64,000 nucleotides of DNA from Eledone cirrhosa (lineage: Eukaryota), in NCBI GenBank assembly GCA_964016885.1, contig OZ024761.1:8680001-8744000 (forward strand). The letters run 5' to 3'. A program made the translations under genes and the position numbers. The notes beneath the pieces are model-generated. The model was not told the DNA's origin. It did not search any database and saw only the letters and a program-made list of their open reading frames with translations. This document shows, piece by piece, positions 12,901 to 23,681 of the stretch. Position 1 is the first letter of the stretch, and every line of letters starts with the position of its first letter.

Positions 12901-14008
12901 GCATAAAAGATGTAGTGGGATCACAGGTAAGCTAACTAAGAACATAGATTTTACATGTGGCCGGTGTTCTGGTGCAATAAGTAGCAGCAAGTGCCCACAA
13001 AATACTAGCTCTTTCAATTGCGCAGAGGGTTCTATAGAAATAGTGGACAGCTTCCGTTACCTGGGCAATAAAATCAGCAGTGGGGGAGGGTGCTCTGAAA
13101 GTACTGTAGCTAGAGTCAGAACTGGTTGGAAAAAGTTCAGAGAGCTTATACCACTATTAGCTGCTAAAGGGTTCTCCCTAAAAATGAAAGGCAGGTTGTA
13201 CGATGCCTGCATACGAACAGCAATGCTGCATGGCAGTGAGACCTGGGCATTGTGTGCAGAGGATATACGCAGACTAGAGAGGAACGAAGCTTGCATGCTC
13301 CGCTGGATGTGTAACAGTAATATACGTGAACGGCAAAGCATAAACGAACTAAGGAAAAAATTAGAGATAAGAGGGATCAGATGTTGTTTACTCGAGAGAA
13401 GGCTACGTTGGTATGGACACGTGATGCGCATGAAAGTCGATAGCTGTATAACAAAGTGCAGGGCAATAAAGATAGACGGTAGTCACGGAATAGGCAGACC
13501 TAGAAAAACCTGGGACGAGCTGATAAACTCCGACATCACACACTTACACCTCTCCAAGACAATGTCACTGGACCGAGACCTTTGGCGGTACTCAGTAACA
13601 GAGAAGACCCGCCTTACCTAAATATATAGTAAAACCTACTCCAGCCAGTAGGCATCTCTAACAAAATACACCCCGTCCCACCACCACCACCCCCACCCCA
13701 TCCACACCACCCCGTTCTATGTAAAGTTATGCTGGTGCCGCGCCATCCAGGCCGAAACAAATGAGATCGTGTAGGTGTCACGACAAAAAAACACACAGTC
13801 CACGCTGTAATGTGGCCGTGTAGGCAACACAGTAAAAACCTCCCAGACCCACACTGTAAATGTGGTTGGTGTTAGGAAGGGCATCCAACTGTAGAAAACC
13901 TGCCAGACAGTCCTATGCGAGCAAGACAATCACTCTTGCCTCAAGTGGGACTACCCCCGTCCAAACCCATGCAAGCGTGGAACACGGACGTTAAACGTTG
14001 ATGATGAT
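9913..14008 (+). mobile_element. Full-length RTE-clade LINE
   Basis: ~480-bp 5' UTR, single long ORF, 3' UTR ending GGACGTTAAACGTTGATGATGAT; inserted in a microsatellite so TSD is ambiguous. Confidence 0.9.
10391..13621 (+). CDS. RTE LINE polyprotein: APE endonuclease, reverse transcriptase, PHD-like zinc finger
   Basis: Uninterrupted ORF (track 10358..13621; first ATG 10391). APE motifs CIQETRW, IAGDLNGH, VDYIL; RT motifs DLEKAFD, GVHQGSVLSP, LYADD; C4HC3 pattern CSVC..CPKCKVWVHKRC..CGRC. Confidence 0.92.
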   Translation: MDCGILESGGEREKSGRSATMPKIKTNSPLGRECEHSSLFRPRTANITPSTPAPHRPQPPNAIQNFRVGTINVGTLKGRANEVVEMLERKEVDVCCIQETRWRGGSARFIEGKKRCYKLFWVGNDDGLGGVGIMVAEKWADKIIDVNRVNDRIIKIRLVLNRTTVTVISAYAPQSGLPGTIKDRFYETLMLTTSQISDSDYIIIAGDLNGHVGQHCDGYDEIHGGYGFGTRNEEGSRILEFCDANNLTICNTNFKKRDNHLITYRSGEHTSQVDYILTRRRDRVSVVNTKSLPHEECTSQHRLIISDLIVRTRRTRQQKRTILRRKIWKLKDPTARNKFQSILLDAFDSKEEHLESDNIEGEWEFLKANLLLATDEVCGWSRPVGRRRVTWWWNSKVEGSIKAKKQAWKVWRDGGSREDYQVARREARRQVYLARREAEERKFKHVLQRDDQKREVFRIARQCVKENRDIVGEKCVLNDDGTLAITDADKKVAWKCHYERLLNEENKWEKDSLPHIDPIEGPAVLVEGSIISKAIKDMKTGKAAGPSEIVAEMLKASGTVGHTMVTRIVNQVVQNGVVPKDWHSSIIVNCYKGKGDALDRSNYRGIKLIDQVMKVTEKVIAQLIRERIDLDEMQFGFVSGKSTTDALFIVRQLQEKYLAKGKPLYLAFVDLEKAFDRVPRSIIWWALRKLGVDEWLVRAIQAMYKETVSKVRINNEYSEEFSVKVGVHQGSVLSPLLFIIALQAITEEFKTGCPWELLYADDLTLIAESMAELEKKFQTWKHGLESKGLKINLAKTKVLVCRKENKAAVPSGKWSCSVCRKGVGRNSILCPKCKVWVHKRCSGITGKLTKNIDFTCGRCSGAISSSKCPQNTSSFNCAEGSIEIVDSFRYLGNKISSGGGCSESTVARVRTGWKKFRELIPLLAAKGFSLKMKGRLYDACIRTAMLHGSETWALCAEDIRRLERNEACMLRWMCNSNIRERQSINELRKKLEIRGIRCCLLERRLRWYGHVMRMKVDSCITKCRAIKIDGSHGIGRPRKTWDELINSDITHLHLSKTMSLDRDLWRYSVTEKTRLT

Positions 14009-14407
14009 ATGTGTGTGTGGGAGTATATATATCTATATGTGTGTGTGTGGGAGTATATATATCTATATATGTGTGTGTGGGAGTATATCTATATATGTGT
14101 GTGTGGGAGTATATATATATGTGTGTGTGTGGGAGTATATATATATATATATATGGGTGTGTGTGGGAGTATATATATATATGTGTGTGTGTGGGAGTAT
14201 ATATATCTATATATGTGTGTGTGGTAGTATATATATATATATGTGTGTGTGGTAGTATATATATATATATATGTGTGTGTGTGGGAGTATATATATATAT
14301 ATGTGTGTGTGTGTGGGAGTATATATATATATGTGTGTGTGTGTGGGAGTATATATATATATATATGTGTGGTAGTATATATATATATATATATGTGTGT
14401 GTGGGAG

Positions 14408-14441
<34 letters not shown>

Positions 14442-14444
14442 GGA

Positions 14445-14499
<55 letters not shown>

Positions 14500-14944
14500 G
14501 GAGTATATATATATATATGTGTGTGTGGTAATATATATATATATGTGTGTGTGGTAGTATATATATATATGTGTGTGTGGGAGTATATATATATATGTGT
14601 GTGTGTGGGAGTATATATATATATATATGTGTGTGTGTGGGAGTATATATATATGTGTGTGTGTGGGAGTATATATATATATGTATGTGTGTGGGAGTAT
14701 ATATATATATGTGTGTGAGAGTACAGTTGTTCCCTGGTATTAGCGGAGGTTATGTTCCTAGAGTACCCGCAAAAAGTGAAAAACTACGAATATTGGACGT
14801 GGTCCATAAAAATGCCTATAAACGTCAAAATATAATAAAAAAGGAGGGCGTCTTATGCGAAGGGGCGTCCAATAGGCCAGCAGATACAGTATATCTAAAG
14901 TATAATAAAGTAAGGAGTGCAAGACTGCATACGGTTTATAATGG

Positions 14945-15102
14945 AGGCACATGGCTTAGTGGTTAGAGCATTGGCCTTGCAATCTAAAGGTTGTGAGTTC
15001 AATTCTCAGACCGGGTGATGTGTTGTTTCCTTGAGCAAGACACTTTATTTCACATTGCTCCAGTTTACTCAGCTGTAGAAATGAGATGATAGGGACTGCA
15101 AA
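14945..15102 (+). mobile_element. 5' part of tRNA-derived SINE (same family as 46235)
   Basis: GGAGGCACATGGCTTAGTGGTTAGAGC head and B-box GAGTTCAATTCTC; another partial copy at ~5978-6148. Confidence 0.8.
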
Positions 15103-15447
15103 GTAAATGTTATGTGAGATATTATGTGAGGTAAAGCCTTTACTGTGAAAATACAATAGTATATATAGAGTAATGTAAATGTTATGTGAGATATTATGTG
15201 AGGTAAAGCCTTTACTGTGAAAATACAATAGTATATATAGAATAATGTAAATGTTATGTGAGATATTATGTGAGGTAAAGCCTTTACTGTGAAAATACAA
15301 TAGTATATATAGAGTAATGTAAATGTTATGTGAGATATTATGTGAGGTAAAGCCTTTACTGTGAAAATACAATAGTATATATAGAGTAATGTAAATGTTA
15401 TGTGAGGTAAAGCCTTTACTGTGAAGATACAATAGTATATATAGAGT
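15103..15447. repeat. 72-bp array, left flank of Tx1 copy 2
   Basis: Same unit as 1751-2773. Confidence 0.9.
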
Positions 15448-15684
15448 GGTTTCTTTACTTGCCACTAGGGCACATAAGGTAGGGACAGATACAAGGGGGG
15501 AAGTTTACATATAATTAACGAGTACAAAAATATAACAATGAAATAACAACAACAAACGAAGTCCTCAATAGGGAGGGGGCATTAACATGGGTCGCACACA
15601 CCCCGGAAAAAATGTGCAACCCTTCTCCTCAGGAGCACAAAGAGTAGGTGCTTCCTTCGTCTCCTCTTTTTCCTCTTCTTTCAC

Positions 15685-18600
15685 CTACAGGCTGATATAG
15701 AGAGAAGACCCATTCACTCTGGCCATTCTCCCTACTTTCACCCACCTTTCATAAAACTTGCTGGGGTAGAGCACCTCTCTCTCCATTCTGATCCTTCTTT
15801 TAAAATGGTATTTGAAAAAGGGGACCAGTTGTTGGCCGGAGAGAAAGGTGTCTGACCTCAGCCTTTTCAGCCTCGTCCACCATACAACTTCTTTAGCCAT
15901 GGCTATCACACAGAGAAAAACCGCCTCTCCTTCGTTTTTGAAAGGGGGAGGCGGTTTGATCGTGACAATGGACTCGGTGGTCAACCGGATTGGTCCCACC
16001 CTCGACAGTAGTCGTTCCACATAGCCCCACAGGTCAGCAATGCCTGGGCAGTGTACGAATGCGTGCGCAACGGTTTCGTCATCATGCACGCATCTCGGAC
16101 AGATCTTATTCAAAGGATCTCTACCCAGGCTCCCATGCCTGTGGAGCTTGTCTCGGACGGGTAGAGCCCCTCGGTAGCACTGCCAAGCCAGGGACTTTTG
16201 GAAGTTGTCCATCGGTCCAGGGCCAAACGTCCTACCGAACAGACTGGCCAGTTCATCTTCCTCCATGCCTAGAGCTTCTCCGAGAGCATCGTCGCACCTG
16301 CTGCGTACCAACCCTCTATAGAATGTCGACGTGGAGTCTCCACTGATTGCCGGGTCCGCTTTCCAGAGGGCCGTGAGCGCCTGGGCACATTCAATGTGCC
16401 AGTCGCCCACTTTTCTCGGTCTTTGCTTGACCCAGGATTGCAGCTCGGTGAGCGAGACGAGTCTGGGAAAGGCTCGCCTCACAAACGGGGCCCACACTGG
16501 TTGACCAGTGAGGAATACCTGGAGGTGCCGTAGCCTTAATGCGTGTTTACGCATCTGTAGCCACGGCATCCCCAGCCCTCCTTTCGAAGGGTGTTGACAG
16601 CAGATGGATCTCCTCACCAAAGGGGTCCGCTTGTTCCAAAGAAATTGGAACAGCGCGCACTCCATTTTGGCGAGTCTTTTCACTGGGCAAGGCACGATGG
16701 TCAAGCGGTAGTAGATGACGGATGCTATATAAGTATTCGCCACCTCCGCTCGACCTTTCAGGGATAGTTTGCACTGGGCCCACTTCTGGGTGAGTGCAAA
16801 CACCCTGGCCGTTACCTCGTTCCAGTTTTTCTCCACCTGGAGGTCTGGTCCGAACCAGACCCCAAGCAGCTTCACCGGGCCCTCCGTCCAGCGTCCGACG
16901 ACGTCGTTGTAGGGCATCGGTTTGCCTCTCCATGTTCCGAGTTGCAAACCGACGGACTTGTCCCGGTTCAGCTTGGCTCCTGTAAACCTTTCATATTCCT
17001 CCAGTAAGGTGCCGATCTCACCGATTTGCGAGGTTTTCGACACCATTACTGTCACGTCATCGGCGTAGGCCGACGCCGCTTTCTGCAATCCCGGTTCCAA
17101 AGGGATGCCCTGCAACCGCTCCAACTTCCGCAGTAGTGGCTCAAGAGCCAGCACATACAGTAGGGAGGAGAGAGGGCATCCCTGTCGGATGGATCGCATG
17201 ATTTAGAACGGCTCCGAGAGGTGGCCGTTCACCTTGACCCTTGAGCAGACATTGCTGCTGTGCATTGCAGCAATCCAACCCCTGAAAACGGGTCCGAAGC
17301 CTGCCGCCGCGAGCACCGCATCCAGGTAACGATGGTCAACCCTATCGAAAGCTTTAGATTGATCCAAGTTGATCAGGGCACCACCAAAGCCGGGTTCATT
17401 CCCTACCCTCTCTATGATGTATCGCATAAGGTGGAGATTGTCGTGAATGGACCTGGACGGGATTGCGCATGTCTGCGCTTCTCCCACCAGGTTTCCAACG
17501 ACAAGTGCCAACCTCTTCGCTAACACCTTGGCCAAAATCTTTAACTCTGTATTTAGCAGAGTTATGGGCCTGAAGTTACTTATGTCATCCCCCTTGTTCT
17601 CATCCTTCCTCACCAGCGTAACTACGCCCTTGGTCACAGAACTGGGAATTCTCCCGTTCTGCTGCCAGTTGCAGTAGACCGCTTCGAGGATATCGGAGAA
17701 CAAGTCCGGCATCGCTACATATAGCTCGTATGGTAGACCATCGAGACCCGGGGATTTGCGTTTGCCGCATTGGCTCAGCGCCGCCCCTATCTCAGCAGCT
17801 GCAATCGTCCTTTCGCAGGACTTCGCCCCCGCGTCCGAGAGGCGCGGCAGACTGTCGAGGTATGGATTGAAATCCATAGTCTCACCCGGCGCGCCGCCCC
17901 TCTCGAACAGTCGTGCAAAGTGCCGCTGAAAGGCCGCACACATCTGCCCAGGTTCAAGGATCACACGCCCATCCTGGTCCTTCAAAGACCGAATCGTGGA
18001 CTTGTTCCCACTTTTTGCCTCTGTCACTCGGGCCCAGCTCACAGCTTTGGCTCCCTCATTACCCAGAGCACGTATTTTACTCCTGACAACGCAGCCTTCA
18101 TGCTTCACCTCAAAGAACGGGTCTAAGGCCATTCTTGATGCCAGCACGCCGGCTACATTGCCACTCCTAATCGCCTCTTCTACTCTATCTACTAATTCCC
18201 TTTCCGTCTTGTTCCTATCCCTTGCTAATTCCTGACTAAAACCTATCGATTCTATTCTAATTGCTCTCTTAAGAGAGCTCCACCACCTGTTGTTGACAAT
18301 TGCCCCTGTCAAACTCTGCTTAACTAACGTGCTAATCCGTTTACTGTAAGCTTTGCTTGTCGGTAAGGACAAGTTCAGCTTCCAGTAACCGGGTCCCTGT
18401 CTATGGGTTCTATCAAGGTTGGCTATGCAGGTCACTAACTTGTGATCCGAATAGTCAACCATGAACATTTTTGGACAGCTAAATGTGTCCCTATCCTTTT
18501 CTCTAACTAGGACCCTATCTAGGTACGACCTAGATGTTCCACTGCGATTGGTCCACGTCCATAGTGGTACAGTCGGAAAATCTAGTCGATATCTATCGGC

Positions 18601-19122
18601 CAGGTCAAATCGGCCAATTAACCTTTTGAGGCTTTTACACCCCCCTCTATTGGCACATGCCCCTACATAGTCCCAACGTGCATCCAGGATACCATTCCAG
18701 TCCCCCACTAAAAGCAAGGAGCAGGACGTTCCCAGAAAAGTTTCCAGACGTTGGAAGTATATTCCGGCCACGCTGCCCAAAAAGGCGTACACAGCTATTA
18801 GTCTAAGAGCTCCACTTTCACTACTGCCGACGTCTAAAACCACCAGTCGACCCTCCGGGTCCAGGTGCACCTTCTGTATGGCGAGGCCCAGGTGTTTTCG
18901 CAGCAGAACGACAACTCCACCCCCACCCCCTGGTTGACAGAGAGATGCGAAGATCTCAAAGTCGTCGAAGAGGGGCGCCAGTTGGTGCTCGCTGCTGATC
19001 CTGGACTCGCAAATAGCCATTACATCCATTCTATGCGACCTGAGATCGTTTAAAAGTTTGCCTTGTTTCCAAGACAGTCCCAGGCCGCGTACATTCAGAC
19101 ACCCAACTCTTATATCAGCCAT
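15685..19122 (-). pseudogene. Tx1 ORF2 (APE-RT-CCHC) with one in-frame stop at 17203-17205
   Basis: ORFs 17203..19122 and 15685..17199 are in the same frame (EPF*IMRSIRQGCPLS); GDWNG, YLDRV, SDH, DQSKAFD, YADD, CPRC..ETVAHAFVHC. Confidence 0.9.
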
Positions 19123-19143
19123 GCTGGTTAAAAGAGGAAGGAC

Positions 19144-20859
19144 CTACCTGTTCGGCCCCTGAGGAGCAGGTTGCACAATATCCATGGGCGTATTGGAGGG
19201 GTTGTTTGGTGGGGTGTTGTTCTGTGGTAGAGTGGGGGTGTTTGGTGAGGTGTGGGTGGGGAAACGTTTCAAGAGGACGCGGTTATAGGGTCGAGTACAT
19301 GTTTTCCCCACGTCCTCAGGAAAGTTCTCTCTTAGTTTTGCATAGGTGTCCATTGGGAGTCTTATCATTTTTAAATGCGGTTTGTTGGCCGCGCTTGCAA
19401 AGAATTGCCCTTCAGTTTCCACCGAAGGGTCTTTGTGTATTGTTTTTACGAGTTCTTTGTTATTTGTGTTAATGTATGTATACTGTTTTATTTGTGTTGT
19501 GTTTGTTTGTTGTTCTTGTGTGTGCTTACGTTTTGTTGTATGTGTTATGTTTTGGGGTGGGGCGGATTTTGTTTGTTCTGTTTGTTTTGTTTTTGTTGGT
19601 GGTTGTGTGTTTGTTTCGTTTATGTTCGAGTGGTGCTTTCTTTTTTTCCTTTTTACAGGTTGGAAGGGTTCCCCCTCTTTGTCACTAGGTGCCGTTTCAG
19701 CTGGGTCCTCGTCCGTGCTGTCGGGTAGTGGTGTATTTTGGGGTTTTGTTGTATTTGTGTGTGTTTTGGGAGTTTTTTTGGGTGGGGCCGTGTCTTGTGT
19801 TATTTTTCCGTGTTGTTTTTGTTGTTGTTGTGGTGGTGGTGGCGGTGGTGGTGTGTGGGGTGTAGGCAAAAGAGCCTTTTTTTTTGTCAATTGAGGACAA
19901 GCAGCCCTTAGATGACCCCTGCTTGAACAGTAGTAACATATGGGCCTCCTACCCTCGGCTGAAATGTATATAAATGTTTCTCCATCGAGGGACACCCTCT
20001 GTGGTATTCTAGCTATTCGTTCTGGTCTCATTTGGACCAGAACCTCTACGCTCAAACCGCCGAAAACGTCTGTGGTGACTTCTCCTACTGAGAGGATTCC
20101 GTCCTCGTCTTCTAAAAATCCTGTTAGTACCCAGGAAATGCATGCATTTGGACGGATTCCGGAGACCCTTATTTTCTGCGTTCTTTTCCCTAAATATGTG
20201 GGGAAAAATGTATGTAGCTTGGAAACAATTGGCGCCACAGAGTATTTCCTGGCCGTCAATTGATCCTTCATTAGGACCGTTATATTCCCATAGAGTGGCC
20301 CTTTTTGTATGAACGATATATCACTCCACACATTTTTTAGGACCAGCTCAATCTCTTTTTGGGATAATTGAGTTGGTTTCCTTGTTATGTTGGAAATTGT
20401 TCTGAAAGATATCGTTCTTAGCGTCGTGTCTCTTTTGATTTCTTGTGGGGAGGTGATTGTGAAGTCTCCTCCTTCTTTGAAAGTTACATACTGTTTCGCT
20501 TCCTTCATCTTTTCTCTCAGAGTTGTAATGTCCAGTTGCTTGCAGGTTTGTGTTTTCCGGACCGCCTGTGCAAAGGAGGCACCAGTAGTGGGTTCGCTTT
20601 GTTTGGTGTTATCGTTATTTTTTCCTTGGTTGGTGTTGTGACTATTGCTGTTATTGTCGTTGTTGTTTTTGTCTGCGTTTATGTGACTTTCTGGGTTTTC
20701 AGCCATTTTTACAAATTTTTCTTTTAATTCCGTGTTCCATGTTTCTTTTGCAGAAGTGAGGAGGGAAGACTTAGAGCCTTGTGCTTCTAGCTTCTCTGTA
20801 TCACCTTTCTTAGGGGGCGTGGCTTTCACGTTAGGATGAGATGTGAAAATTCCGTCCAT
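19144..20859 (-). CDS. Tx1 ORF1, gag-like nucleic-acid-binding protein with CCHC knuckle
   Basis: Open frame 19144..20988; first ATG at 20859 (MDGIF); CYYCSSRGHLRAAC and basic KRKKRK motif. Confidence 0.85.
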   Translation of the reverse strand: MDGIFTSHPNVKATPPKKGDTEKLEAQGSKSSLLTSAKETWNTELKEKFVKMAENPESHINADKNNNDNNSNSHNTNQGKNNDNTKQSEPTTGASFAQAVRKTQTCKQLDITTLREKMKEAKQYVTFKEGGDFTITSPQEIKRDTTLRTISFRTISNITRKPTQLSQKEIELVLKNVWSDISFIQKGPLYGNITVLMKDQLTARKYSVAPIVSKLHTFFPTYLGKRTQKIRVSGIRPNACISWVLTGFLEDEDGILSVGEVTTDVFGGLSVEVLVQMRPERIARIPQRVSLDGETFIYISAEGRRPICYYCSSRGHLRAACPQLTKKKALLPTPHTPPPPPPPQQQQKQHGKITQDTAPPKKTPKTHTNTTKPQNTPLPDSTDEDPAETAPSDKEGEPFQPVKRKKRKHHSNINETNTQPPTKTKQTEQTKSAPPQNITHTTKRKHTQEQQTNTTQIKQYTYINTNNKELVKTIHKDPSVETEGQFFASAANKPHLKMIRLPMDTYAKLRENFPEDVGKTCTRPYNRVLLKRFPTHTSPNTPTLPQNNTPPNNPSNTPMDIVQPAPQGPNR

Positions 20860-21055
20860 TTCTATTAGTTTGCCGTAATAAATTTTTAACTGGAAAATTC
20901 GCCCCAAAAAGGGGCGAAAATAAATAAACTCAAAGTTTGACGACCAAGGCAAGGGGTTAACGTATATTACAGTATAAAAATTAATCAAAACTCACTTTTG
21001 AGTAAGTAAATCCGAGCTTGTTCACACACGTCAACACACGTCTCTCGTATACGAG

Positions 21056-22187
21056 ATGTTATGTGAGATATTATGTGAGGTAAAGTCTTTACTCTATATA
21101 TACTATTGTATTTTCATAGTAAAGGCTTTACCTCACATAATATCTCGCATAACATTTACATTACTCTATATATACTATTGTATTTTCACAGTAAAGGCTT
21201 TACCTCACATAATATCTCACATAACATTTACATTACTCTATATATACTATTGTATTTTCACAGTAAAGGCTTTACCTCACATAATATCTCACATAACATT
21301 TACATTACTCTATATATACTATTGTATTTTCACAGTAATGTAAATGTTATGTGAGATATTATGTGAGGTAAAGCCTTTACTGTGAAAATACAATAGTATA
21401 TATAGAGTAATGTAAATGTTATGTGAGATATTATGTGAGGTAAAGCCTTTACTGTGAAAATACAATAGCATATATAGAGTAATGTAAACGTTATGTGAGG
21501 TAAAGCCTTTACTGTGAAAATACAATAGTATATATAGAGTAATGTAAATGTTATGCGAGATATTATGTGAGGTAAAGCCTTTACTGTGAAAATACAATAG
21601 TATATATAGAGTAATGTAAATGTTATGCGAGATATTATGTGAGGTAAAGCCTTTACTGTGAAAATATAATAGTATATATAGATTAATGTAAATGCTATGT
21701 GAGATATTATGTGAGGTAAAGCCTTTACTGTGACAATACAATAGTATATATAGAGTAATGTAAACGTTATGTGAAGTAAAGCTTTTACTGTGAAAATATA
21801 ATAGTATATATAGATTAATGTAAATGTTATGTGAGATATTATGTGAGGTAAAGCCTTTACTGTGAAAATACAATAGTATATATAGAGTAATGTAAATGTT
21901 ATGCGAGATATTATGTGAGGTAAAGCCTTTACTGTGAAAATATAATAGTATATATAGAGTAATGTAAATGTTATGTGAGATATTATTGTGAAGTAAAGCC
22001 TTTACTGTGAAAATACAATAGTATATATATAATAATGTAAATGTTATGTAAGATATTATGTGAGGTAAAGCCTTTACTGTGACAATACAATAGTATATAT
22101 AGAGTAATGTAAACGTTATGTGAAGTAAAGCTTTTACTGTGAAAATATAATAGTATATATAGAGTAATGTAAATGCTAAAGGGTTAA
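21056..22187. repeat. 72-bp array with internal inversion (~21091-21335), ending in AATGCTAAAGGG|TTAA
   Basis: Orientation switches at 21091 and back at ~21336; piggyBac-like end at 22181-22187. Confidence 0.9.
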
Positions 22188-22233
22188 AACAGAATTTTAC
22201 CTGTGTTACTATATATGGTATTGTATATTCCAG

Positions 22234-22332
22234 GCTCACATGACCAGTTCTATGCTGCAGACATGAGTATATTTTACCAAATTCCACAATATGCCTTTCT
22301 TGGAATTAGTGAAGTCTTTGCAAGTGTCGCAG
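22234..22332 (+). CDS. SLC15A4: SLC15A4-like coding exon
   Basis: CAG acceptor 22231-22233, GT at 22333, 99 nt phase 1-1; [34 protein letters not shown] carries the POT '[13 protein letters not shown]' motif (absent from the ORF track). Confidence 0.92.
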
Positions 22333-22382
22333 GTGGGTCCTGAATTCTTAATATCTCTCCTCCTTTACATTCTGTTCCATTA

Positions 22383-23150
22383 TACACATACATACGCACA
22401 CACAAACATACACACACACATACATACGCACACAAACATACACACACACATACATACACACACATACATACGCACACACAAACATACACACACACATACA
22501 TACGCACACACATACATACACACATACATACATACACAGACCCACATACACACACACAAACATACACACACACACAAACATACGCACACACAAACATACA
22601 CACACAAAAACATACACACACACATACACAAACATACACACACGCACAAACATACACATACATACACACTCACACAAACATACACACTCACACAAACATA
22701 CACACACACATACATACACACATACATACACAGACACACATACACACACAAACATACGCACACAAACATACGCACACACAAACGTACACATACACACATA
22801 CATATACATATACAAACGTACACATACAAACATACACACACAAACATACACACGCATACACATACACAAACATACGCACACACAAATACACACACATACA
22901 TATACATACACAAACATACACACATACAAACATACACACACAAAAACATATACACACACAAACATACGCACACACAAACATACACACAAACATACACATA
23001 CTCACATACATATACATACACAAACGTACATACAGACGCATACACACAAACACACACATACACATACATACACACACAAACATACGCACACAAACACACA
23101 CACACACACACACATACACAAACATACATTCGCACAAACACATACATACA
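22383..23150. repeat. CA-rich compound microsatellite
   Basis: (CA)n/CATA/CAAA mosaic. Confidence 0.9.
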
Positions 23151-23199
23151 CATCATCATCACTGTTTAACTTATTTTTCCATGCTTGCATGGCTTGTAT

Positions 23200-23420
23200 G
23201 TAAAGTCAACCAGCAGCAGGTCACCAGCACGTTCAAGGCAAACCGTTGTGTAAACCAGGAAGAGAAGAGATCCTAGTTGAAAGGCTAGGTCAAGATGGGG
23301 CAAGACAAAGCAAAACAAAGGCATTTCCCTGCGGTCGCTGTGGGCAGATCTGCCAATCTCAGATTGACTAGACCAGACATCAACGCGAATGAACACCGGG
23401 GGGCAAGAGTGAACCCGACC
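23200..23420 (+). mobile_element. Possible RTE-BovB-like 3' fragment with C2H2 finger remnant
   Basis: Reads AFPCGRCGQICQSQID*TRHQRE near 23320-23390. Confidence 0.45.
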
Positions 23421-23681
23421 TTTAATTTAATATATCTTTGTATCAAAGTCATTGCCAAAAAAATTACATTCAGCTGAGTCTTGTGGCTAGACATGTTCTG
23501 TCAATACTCTAATCCAAAATAATTCAGAGCACATTTTCGGGGATCGCTTAGCCTAAATTGAAACCTGTTGGCGGGCCAGACAAAAATCTTTCATGGGTCG
23601 GATGTGGCCCATGGGCCAAGGTTTACCAACCAATACTCTACATGTTACTTGATGATAATAATTGCTTGTTTTTTTTTTTTT

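Larger units (their letters stand above)
15448..21055 (-). mobile_element. Full-length Tx1/L1-clade non-LTR retrotransposon, copy 2
   Basis: Two-ORF layout with 21-bp inter-ORF spacer and ~240-bp 3' UTR; embedded in the 72-bp array on both sides. Confidence 0.9.
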
